The notes below the pieces were generated by a model. That model was not told the DNA's origin and made no database searches. It saw only the letters and a program-made list of their open reading frames with translations. DNA of 64,000 nucleotides from Bacteroidales bacterium (lineage in GTDB: Bacteria; Bacteroidota; Bacteroidia; Bacteroidales; VadinHA17): contig JALONR010000007.1 of assembly GCA_025454815.1 (NCBI GenBank), forward strand, positions 2,445 to 66,444, read 5' to 3'. This document shows positions 39,718 to 47,790 of the stretch, piece by piece. Position 1 is the stretch's first letter, and every line of letters begins with the position of its first letter. The position numbers and the translations under genes were made by a program.

Positions 39718-42700
39718 ATGAACAGACTCATAAATCTTTTGACAGTTGCGGCATTGCTGCTTGTCACCACTTCTCTTTCCGCCCAGGATTTGAGAACTCC
39801 GGGAACAAAGGTGGCCGACCTGCTGGCAGGAATGCCGGCTGACAATCTTGAGCTTGCCTCCCGCCTGATGGAGGAAATGTATTCACTGGGAGAAGAAGGT
39901 TGGGCAATGATCTGCGGACAGGTGGTTCCTGCAGGCACAGGTGACGATGTAAGGGCCCGGTATGCAATTTCGGCTCTGACTGCCCACCTCTCGGCTGACA
40001 CTGATGAGACCAGGAAACGTCAATGGGAGGAACAGTGTATTCATTTTATGAAAAGGGCCCCTGACAGGGAGGTGAAATCATTTTTTATGAGACAGCTAAA
40101 CCTCATTGGATCGGAGCTGGCCGTCAAAGAACTGGCTGACTATGTCAACTCTGCAGATATATGTGATGATGCCGTTATCGTACTGCAGTCGGTTGGAACC
40201 GAAGCTGCTGCCGACCTTCTTTATTCTGCCCTGAAGGACGATGATTGTCCGTGTGCTGCCCAGGCTATGGTGGCCCTGGCAGAGACTCATCCCGGGAAAT
40301 CGACTGAGATCTTTAAGCAATGGTATGCCAGGGGAAGTGTTTCAGAAAAATCAGCCGCTCTGTATGCCATTGCATCCACCGGTATCCCTGAAGCTAACGA
40401 TTTTCTTGCAAGTGCTGCTGCCGCTGCCTCCTACCGTTGGGAACAGACAGGTGCTGTTCAGGCTCTCCTGCTGTATGCAAAAAAAATCGGACTCGCAGGT
40501 GAGGTAAAGAAAATGGAACGAATAGCAAGACAGGTGATTGATGCAAGCATGACACCTGAGACTGCCAGTCAGAGACTTGCTGCAATGAGCGTTATCACTG
40601 CTGTCAAGGGGAGCGGTGCCCTGGGCATGCTGCTGGATGCTGCGGCTGACCCGGATGTGGCCATCAGGGGAGGTGTGTTGCGTCTGGCTTCAGGGATATC
40701 CGGCAGCGAGGCTACCATGAAATGGATAAAAAGATATTCAAAGGTCTCGCCCCCTGCAAAGTCCGGGATACTTTACATGCTTGGCGAAAGAGGAGATCAG
40801 CTGGCGGTGCCTTTGATGATGAAGGCACTTGATGACCCCTCCCCGGAAGTATCTTCTGCGGCCGTCTCCGCCCTGGCCCGCCTGCAGGGACCGGGAGCTG
40901 TTGAGCCGATCCTTTCATGGATACTGAAATATGACCGGGAGCAGGGACACCGTATCGCCTCAGAGGCACTGACTGCCATACTTGACAGTACAGGCATGCG
41001 TAAGGTAGCTGCCGTACTGCCGGCATCAAAAGGGCTGTCAACAGTAACTCTTGTCAGGCTGATGGCATGGTCTGGCGACAAGAAATACTTCAGGGATGTT
41101 TTCCCGTATACCTCATCACCTGATTATGGTATCAGGGCGGCCGCCATTACCTCACTTGCAGCACTGGCCTCCTATAATGACCAGCCTCAGATCATTGGGC
41201 TTCTTGAGACAACCGGCGAGAAGGCAGAGGTGACTGAACTGCAGCGTGCAGTTCTTGCCGCTGCAATGCAACATAATGACCCTTCAGCAAGATCGGCACT
41301 GATTCTTGAAGCCATGGACAAGAGCCGTGACAGGTTGAAGCTGATCCCTCTGCTGTCAGCTACCGGAGGTGAGGAGGCGCTGAAACGGGTTGCAACAGAG
41401 TTTGAAAACGGCGACGCCATTACACGGGATGTCTGTTTTGATGTTCTGACCCACTGGAAAGACATCTCATCAGCCGGGATATTGCGCGCGATAACCGCTT
41501 CAGGGAACAAGACCTTCGGTATGCCGGCCTTCGATGCATACATGAGAATGGTTTCTGCTGCCAGACTGAATCCCGAACGAAAGCTTCTGATGATTAAGGA
41601 TATGGCACCGTATGCCGCAGATCCCGGCGCCAGGGCGGGAATGGTTGCCCTGGCCGGCTCCCTTGAAATGCGGCAGGCGGAATTTTTTGTCACCCCTTAC
41701 CTTTCTGACCCTTCGGAGGAGGTGAGGACAGCGGCAAAAGAAGCAATTCAATCACTCAACCTGCCCGACGATGAATTGTTCGGATCAATGTTCAACGGCA
41801 CTGACCTTACCGGCTGGAAGGGGCTGGTGGGTACCCCGCTGACCAGGGCTGCCATGAAACCAAAGGAACTGGCTGCCAGGCAGAAGGAGGCTGACCGGAA
41901 GATGCTTGAAAACTGGAGCGTGAGGGATGGCATGATCTGGTTCAGCGGAGAGGGTGATAACCTGTGCAGCATCAAGGAATATGGTGATTTTGAGATGTAT
42001 GTCGACTGGAAGATAACCAGGGGAGGAGACAGCGGCATTTACCTCCGCGGGACACCACAGGTGCAGATCTGGGATACATCACGGACTGACGCAGGAGCAC
42101 AAGTGGGGTCGGGAGGTCTGTACAACAACCAGGAGAACCCGTCAGTTCCACTTAAAGTTGCTGATAATCCGGTGGGGGAATGGAATACCTTCAGGATACT
42201 GATGATGGGAGATAAGGTAACTGTCTGGCTCAACGGAGACCTGGTAACTGACGATGTCATCCTGGAAAACTACTGGGACAGGTCGCTTCCGGTATTCAGG
42301 AAGGGGAGCGTAGAGCTTCAGGCCCATGGAACTGACCTTGTCTTCAGGGATTTATACATCAGGGAGATCAATACGGCTGAGTATAACCTGACAGAGAAGG
42401 AGAAGGAGGCAGGTTTCATCTCACTGTTCAACGGCAGGAACCTCGATGGGTGGATCGGCGACAAGGTTTCATATGCAGTTGAAGATGGTACGATTGTCAT
42501 CAGACCCGGTAACAGCGGAGGCGGAAATCTCTACACCGCGAAGGAGTACTCTGATTTCATCTTCCGGTTCGAGTTTCAGCTTACCCCCGGGGCAAATAAC
42601 GGACTCGGGATCCGGACCCCGCCTGAAGGTGATGCCGCATACGCGGGGATGGAGATACAGATTCTTGATAACACAGCATCGATATATTCAGACCTTGCAC

Positions 42701-42984
42701 CATACCAGTATCACGGTTCTGTTTACGGTGTAATACCGGCCAGGAGGGGGTTCCTCAGGCCGGTGGGTGAATGGAATTACGAAGAGGTGACTGCGGAGGG
42801 AACAAAAATAAAAGTGGTTCTTAACGGTGCTGTCATAGTCGAAGGTGACATAGCGGGTGCCATCGCTAACGGTACCCTGGACGGCAGGGAACACCCGGGA
42901 CTGAAGAACAAGAGCGGACATATAGGGTTTCTGGGACATGGCACGATTGTCAGATTCAGGAATATCCGAATCAGGCAACTGTGA
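39718..42984 (+). CDS. exported HEAT-repeat protein with two C-terminal DUF1080 (3-keto-disaccharide hydrolase-like) domains
   Basis: Signal peptide MNRLINLLTVAALLLVTTSLSAQ, then ~680 aa of Ala/Leu-rich HEAT-like repeats. Two DUF1080 copies follow (FNGTDLTGWKG...FRDLYIREI and FNGRNLDGWIG...FRNIRIRQL). Confidence 0.85.
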   Translation: MNRLINLLTVAALLLVTTSLSAQDLRTPGTKVADLLAGMPADNLELASRLMEEMYSLGEEGWAMICGQVVPAGTGDDVRARYAISALTAHLSADTDETRKRQWEEQCIHFMKRAPDREVKSFFMRQLNLIGSELAVKELADYVNSADICDDAVIVLQSVGTEAAADLLYSALKDDDCPCAAQAMVALAETHPGKSTEIFKQWYARGSVSEKSAALYAIASTGIPEANDFLASAAAAASYRWEQTGAVQALLLYAKKIGLAGEVKKMERIARQVIDASMTPETASQRLAAMSVITAVKGSGALGMLLDAAADPDVAIRGGVLRLASGISGSEATMKWIKRYSKVSPPAKSGILYMLGERGDQLAVPLMMKALDDPSPEVSSAAVSALARLQGPGAVEPILSWILKYDREQGHRIASEALTAILDSTGMRKVAAVLPASKGLSTVTLVRLMAWSGDKKYFRDVFPYTSSPDYGIRAAAITSLAALASYNDQPQIIGLLETTGEKAEVTELQRAVLAAAMQHNDPSARSALILEAMDKSRDRLKLIPLLSATGGEEALKRVATEFENGDAITRDVCFDVLTHWKDISSAGILRAITASGNKTFGMPAFDAYMRMVSAARLNPERKLLMIKDMAPYAADPGARAGMVALAGSLEMRQAEFFVTPYLSDPSEEVRTAAKEAIQSLNLPDDELFGSMFNGTDLTGWKGLVGTPLTRAAMKPKELAARQKEADRKMLENWSVRDGMIWFSGEGDNLCSIKEYGDFEMYVDWKITRGGDSGIYLRGTPQVQIWDTSRTDAGAQVGSGGLYNNQENPSVPLKVADNPVGEWNTFRILMMGDKVTVWLNGDLVTDDVILENYWDRSLPVFRKGSVELQAHGTDLVFRDLYIREINTAEYNLTEKEKEAGFISLFNGRNLDGWIGDKVSYAVEDGTIVIRPGNSGGGNLYTAKEYSDFIFRFEFQLTPGANNGLGIRTPPEGDAAYAGMEIQILDNTASIYSDLAPYQYHGSVYGVIPARRGFLRPVGEWNYEEVTAEGTKIKVVLNGAVIVEGDIAGAIANGTLDGREHPGLKNKSGHIGFLGHGTIVRFRNIRIRQL

Positions 42985-43012
42985 TTTTTTTTAGTCATGC
43001 CCCGGCAGCGGG

Positions 43013-43031
43013 TTATCAACGAATTATCAAC
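43013..43031. promoter_or_regulatory. direct repeat TTATCAAC x2 (11-bp phase) upstream of the EPS operon
   Basis: TTATCAAC occurs at 43013-43020 and 43024-43031. Related GTTATCAGC and GTTATATTA copies lie at 43112-43129. Confidence 0.3.
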
Positions 43032-43160
43032 AAATGTCAAATTGAGGCCTTCAATATTTTGCAGGAGCCGCAAAAAGAGCCATTTTTGACCCTCGGACAC
43101 AAATCGGATCTGTTATCAGCGTTATATTAAAAGCATCTGGGCTAAAGGAATTGACAAGGG

Positions 43161-43523
43161 ATGAAAATACTTATCTGTGAAGATAATCAGTTGGCTGCCA
43201 GGGCAATGTCTGTTGTCATTGAACGGGAGGGATATGATCCAGTGACTGTTGGTGACGGAAACAGGGCCATTGAAATACTAAAAAAGACTGATTTTGACCT
43301 GGTGATTATTGACATTCACATCCCCTATCACAGCGGCCTGGAGGTGGTAAGGTTCCTTCGCACGGAGCTGAAAAGGCAGACCCCGGTACTGGTAGTGTCG
43401 GCCTTCAGCGATCCTCAGATGCAGCGCCAGGCGGGTGAAATGAAGGTCAGCGGTTATATAACCAAACCTTTTGACCCGGATGATCTTCTCAGGAAAATCA
43501 GGGCCGCACTGGCAGTTGTTTAG
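43161..43523 (+). CDS. stand-alone response-regulator receiver (CheY-like)
   Basis: Acidic pocket ICEDN, phospho-acceptor LVIIDIHIP and conserved Lys in ITKPF. 120 aa with no output domain. Confidence 0.9.
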   Translation: MKILICEDNQLAARAMSVVIEREGYDPVTVGDGNRAIEILKKTDFDLVIIDIHIPYHSGLEVVRFLRTELKRQTPVLVVSAFSDPQMQRQAGEMKVSGYITKPFDPDDLLRKIRAALAVV

Positions 43524-43526
43524 ACG

Positions 43527-44618
43527 ATGGATTATAAGATACCTATAAGATTTCTTTTGCTGACGGTCATGTTTGTCATGACAGCAGGATCGTTATTCTC
43601 ACAGACCATAACTAACCCCGAGGAGGAGTACTCAAGGATCCGTTCGCTGGCGTTTGACGGCAGGTATGAGGAAGCGGAGCCGGCCGCCCTTCAGCTGGTG
43701 AGGGAATACCCTGAGTTCGGCGATGCACGTGTGCTCCTTGGCCGTATCCTGGCCTGGCAGGGGAAGTATGACGAGGGTGCAGCAGTGATTGACACCCTCC
43801 TGGTGTCTGACCCTGACAACAGCGATGCCCTGGAGGCAATTACCGATATCAGGCGATGGTCCCGCGACAGGTCACAGCAGGTCACGGCTCCGACAGATAT
43901 TAGGGCAGGCTATTCGTTTGATGCTTACAATGAGCCTTATGAACGGTTATGGCAGGTCTTCAGCCTGGGAGCAGGACATCGGTTCTCATGGGGTACTGCA
44001 GTTGCATCGGTTAACTACGGACACCTGAATACAGGTCCTCCTTCGGACACCACCGGCAATGATTTCCAGTTTGCCGCCGAAGCATGGCCCGAGCTTACTC
44101 CAAGAAATTATGCCTATGTTGCCTATGCATTCAGCGATGGTCCGTGGTTCCCCCGGCACAGGGCAGCCCTTGAACTGTGGCAGACACTCCCTGCAGGACT
44201 GGCTGTCTCTGCGGGCGTCAACTATTACTATTTTGATAATAGCATCTTCATCGGCACATTCTCCCTGGAGAAATACTTAAGCCGGTACTGGTTCTCGGGA
44301 AGAGCCTATTTCCATTTCAAGGAGATTGGAGTAACAACATCATTCTTCCTTACTGCAAGGAGATACCTCGGCACAACCGATTATCTTCAGCTTACAGTGG
44401 GTACCGGTACAGCTCCCGATGAACCGTATGATATACTGACAGACCTTGAACGACAGAAGGCATCTTCTGCCAGGCTCACCTGGTTCAACCAGATCAATAC
44501 ATGGTGGTCAGTAAGAATCGGTGCAGGCTATTCTTACGAGAAATACAATGCAACCTCATCCCGCAACCGGTTTGAAGGGAATGTCGGAATAATAAGAGGT
44601 ATCGGACGACCTGAATGA
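43527..44618 (+). CDS. TPR plus outer-membrane beta-barrel protein (YaiO/NfrA-like)
   Basis: Signal peptide, TPR-like helices (aa 30-115), then alternating amphipathic strands. The block FQFAAEAWPEL...YAYVAYAFSDGPWFPRHRAALELW resembles the YaiO family as I remember it. Confidence 0.65.
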   Translation: MDYKIPIRFLLLTVMFVMTAGSLFSQTITNPEEEYSRIRSLAFDGRYEEAEPAALQLVREYPEFGDARVLLGRILAWQGKYDEGAAVIDTLLVSDPDNSDALEAITDIRRWSRDRSQQVTAPTDIRAGYSFDAYNEPYERLWQVFSLGAGHRFSWGTAVASVNYGHLNTGPPSDTTGNDFQFAAEAWPELTPRNYAYVAYAFSDGPWFPRHRAALELWQTLPAGLAVSAGVNYYYFDNSIFIGTFSLEKYLSRYWFSGRAYFHFKEIGVTTSFFLTARRYLGTTDYLQLTVGTGTAPDEPYDILTDLERQKASSARLTWFNQINTWWSVRIGAGYSYEKYNATSSRNRFEGNVGIIRGIGRPE

Positions 44619-46354
44619 GAATGACGCTGACCATATTGATGGCTCTGGCTGCAAGCACTGTCACCCTGCAGGCTTCCAATACTACTGAAGAAAGCCGGAC
44701 TGATTCCATGCGCTCCCCGGAAACGGAATCTGCAGTCCCTGTCCTTTCAACATTCCCTTCAGAGCTTACCGTCGGCGGACTCGTTTCACTGGCAAACGGG
44801 CACTATGCCATCCAGATGGGTGCATTCGGCAGACGTGCCAATGCAGAGGCGCTGGGCAGGAAGATTTCTGAATTGTCAGGTCTCCCTGTTGATGTCATAG
44901 AGGATGGTGGCCTGTTCAAGGTATTCATAAACAGTGCACTGAGAGGCGGGGCGCCATGCCTTTACATACCGGTGCAATTCCAGGGTGAAATGGGAAGTAG
45001 CACTCCGCCTGACAATGAGTCCGGGAAGTCAGTTCCTGAGCCTGCAGTAAAGACTGAAAACGTGGTGCCGCCAGTCACATCAACAGTGAATGGGCAGGAT
45101 ACAATCACCCTGGCTTCAGCTGACAGACCAGCTTCCGTACCTGACACTGAAGTCATCCCTGCATCGGATATGCAGGGGGGACAGCAGGTGACTGCTCCGG
45201 ATGAAGAAGAACCTGCAGGAACACAAACCGCAAAACCAGGGATAAGGAACCTCTTTTTTCTCCGGGGAGACAGCCCCTGGCTTAACCGCTATAATTACTT
45301 CGGCAAATCTGTTGCCCTGGTAAATGCATTGATTTTTGCCATACTGGCATCCTTTGCCACTATGCTGATACTTCTCCTCGTCATCCTGCTCAACAGGCGC
45401 AGGATGGAAAGGGAGGCGAAACTGAGACAATATCTTCTTGAGCAGTACCAGTCACTGATAATCGATTACCTGTTCGGTAGCAGCAGTGCAGAACCGTTCA
45501 GGAAAATAGCATCGGATAACTACCGCAGGCAGGTGCTTATAGATCAGATGATTGACGTCAGCGTTAACCTTAAAGGTGATTCACGTGACAAGCTTATGAA
45601 GCTCTACATGGATCTTGAGCTTGACAGTGACTCACTGGCAAGGGCCCGCAGCCGTAGGTGGCACAAAAAAATCAAGGGTTTTCGCGAGCTGGCCTTCATG
45701 GGTATCAGGGAGGGCAATGATGAGATGTACAAGGTCCTCAACTCCAGGAATGAGATACTGAGAATGGAAGCGCAGATTGCACTGGTGAGGCTCAGCGAAA
45801 ATGACCATTTCGATTTTCTGTCACAGCTGAGGAGACCCTTCTCCCTGTGGGAGCAGATAACGCTTCATGACCTTATCATTCAGCATGAGCTGCCTGTTCC
45901 TGATTTTCAGAGATGGCTTTCTTCCGAAAACCCGACGGTGGTGATGTTTGCCCTCAGGATGATCAGGGAGTTCAGGCAGAAGGAGGCCGAGCCCGAGATC
46001 AGGAAAGTGCTGCTTCACAGGGATGCCCGTGTGAGCAGGCTGGCAGTTGAGGTAGCGGGTGACCTTGACTTGCGGACAACCCTGGATACAATGAAGCGCA
46101 TGTACAAGTTCCAGGAGTACAACAACTGCCTGGAAATAGTGAGATCAATGGGCAAAATGCCCGAAACATCCATGCTGGGATTCCTCAAGCTGGTGCTTGA
46201 CAAGGAGGATGATGTGCAGCTTCAGATAGAGGCTGTGAAGGCCATCGAGAACATGGGAGAGGTGGGAGTGCAGGCCCTTGTCAAGGTGATGAAATCAGAG
46301 TACAAGAATTATAACATCATAGTCAGGCACGTGCTTGACCGCAGGATATACTGA
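44615..46354 (+). CDS. SPOR-domain / single-TM / cytoplasmic HEAT-repeat protein
   Basis: Signal peptide, SPOR motif HYAIQMGAFGRRANAEALGRKISELSGLPVDVIEDGGLFKVFI, a Pro/Thr-rich linker, TM helix ALVNALIFAILASFATMLILLLVILL, then ~300 aa of HEAT-like repeats. Confidence 0.75.
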   Translation: MRMTLTILMALAASTVTLQASNTTEESRTDSMRSPETESAVPVLSTFPSELTVGGLVSLANGHYAIQMGAFGRRANAEALGRKISELSGLPVDVIEDGGLFKVFINSALRGGAPCLYIPVQFQGEMGSSTPPDNESGKSVPEPAVKTENVVPPVTSTVNGQDTITLASADRPASVPDTEVIPASDMQGGQQVTAPDEEEPAGTQTAKPGIRNLFFLRGDSPWLNRYNYFGKSVALVNALIFAILASFATMLILLLVILLNRRRMEREAKLRQYLLEQYQSLIIDYLFGSSSAEPFRKIASDNYRRQVLIDQMIDVSVNLKGDSRDKLMKLYMDLELDSDSLARARSRRWHKKIKGFRELAFMGIREGNDEMYKVLNSRNEILRMEAQIALVRLSENDHFDFLSQLRRPFSLWEQITLHDLIIQHELPVPDFQRWLSSENPTVVMFALRMIREFRQKEAEPEIRKVLLHRDARVSRLAVEVAGDLDLRTTLDTMKRMYKFQEYNNCLEIVRSMGKMPETSMLGFLKLVLDKEDDVQLQIEAVKAIENMGEVGVQALVKVMKSEYKNYNIIVRHVLDRRIY

Positions 46355-46359
46355 ATACC

Positions 46360-47778
46360 ATGGGATTTATCTTTGCACATCTGATATTCTACCTGACCCT
46401 CGTACTCTTCGGGTCATACCTGCTGCTCGGCATACACTCAGCACTGGCGCTGAGGAAGTACCTGCGCAAGAACAGTTATGTAAACTACAACTCACTGGTG
46501 CTCTCTCCCCTCAGCCCGAGGATCACCATCATTGCACCTGCATTCAATGAGGGTAAAACCATCATTGACAACGTCAGGACACTGCTCTCGCTCTATTATA
46601 ACAACTTTGAGGTGATAATAGTGAATGACGGCTCAACCGACGGCACATTTGAAAAGATAAGGGATGCCTATGAGCTGGTCAGGGTTAACTACTACTTTGA
46701 CTACCGCATCCCGTGCGAGAGAATCAGGGGAGTTTACAGGTCAAAGGATCCCGCATACAACAGGCTCACGGTAATTGATAAAAACAACGGCGGCAAGGCT
46801 GATTCACTCAATGCCGGAATCAATATCAGCCGCAGCAACCTTATCGTTACAATTGATGCCGATTCGATTATTGAGCCCGATTCAATTCTCAAACTGGTCA
46901 AACCATTCCTTGAGGAGAAGGAAAAGAAGGTCATCGGCACTGGCGGAGTGATCCGCATTGTCAACTCATGTGACATTGAACGAGGCCATATCAGGCAGAT
47001 AAACCTTCCGAAGAAATTCCTGCCCAGACTCCAGGTTCTTGACTACACGCGTGCATTTCTGCTTGGCCGCATGGCATGGAGCCACCTCGACGGACTTATG
47101 CTTATCTCAGGCGCCATGGGTATGTTTGACCGCGAGACGGTCATCAGGGCCGGCGGCTATAATGTCAAGACCGTGGGCGAGGATATGGAACTGGTGCTGA
47201 GAATGCGGCGCTACATGGCTGAACATAAACAAAAGTACGAAGTCACCTATATCCCTGACCCTCTCTGCTGGACAGAGGTGCCTTCTGACCTGAAATCAAT
47301 GCGTAAGCAGCGTACGAGGTGGACAAGGGGCCTGATAGAATCACTCTGGTCACACCGGAAGATGATGCTGAATACCCGTTACGGAAGGCTGGGATTGCTC
47401 GGTTATCCTTACTGGCTCTTATTTGAATGGGCTGCTCCTCTAATAGCTTTCCTTGGTATTGTTTATTCGATCTACCTGGCTGTTTCGGGCGCCCTTAACT
47501 GGCCATTCTTCCTGCTCCTCTTCCTGTTCGTGTACAGCTTTGCGGTGAGCCTGACAACCTGGGCCGTACTGTTTGAGGAGATCACATTCCACAAATACAG
47601 GAGAAAACGGGATGTTCTGAGGCTTATCGGCACAGCGATGCTCGAACCGTTCTTCTATCCGGTTCATACCTACTTCGCCGTAAGGGGTAACCTTGAGTCC
47701 CTGCGTGGTAAGAAGGGATGGGGCAAAGCCGAAAGAAGCGGATTCCAGAATAAAAAGAAGACAGGTACTGCCGTCTGA
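46360..47778 (+). CDS. processive family-2 glycosyltransferase (PgaC/IcaA/NfrB/YaiP-like polysaccharide synthase)
   Basis: Motifs VNDGSTDGT, TIDADS, VGEDMEL and RKQRTRWTRG (QxxRW), with N- and C-terminal TM helices. Confidence 0.88.
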   Translation: MGFIFAHLIFYLTLVLFGSYLLLGIHSALALRKYLRKNSYVNYNSLVLSPLSPRITIIAPAFNEGKTIIDNVRTLLSLYYNNFEVIIVNDGSTDGTFEKIRDAYELVRVNYYFDYRIPCERIRGVYRSKDPAYNRLTVIDKNNGGKADSLNAGINISRSNLIVTIDADSIIEPDSILKLVKPFLEEKEKKVIGTGGVIRIVNSCDIERGHIRQINLPKKFLPRLQVLDYTRAFLLGRMAWSHLDGLMLISGAMGMFDRETVIRAGGYNVKTVGEDMELVLRMRRYMAEHKQKYEVTYIPDPLCWTEVPSDLKSMRKQRTRWTRGLIESLWSHRKMMLNTRYGRLGLLGYPYWLLFEWAAPLIAFLGIVYSIYLAVSGALNWPFFLLLFLFVYSFAVSLTTWAVLFEEITFHKYRRKRDVLRLIGTAMLEPFFYPVHTYFAVRGNLESLRGKKGWGKAERSGFQNKKKTGTAV

Positions 47779-47790
47779 GGACTATACCAG

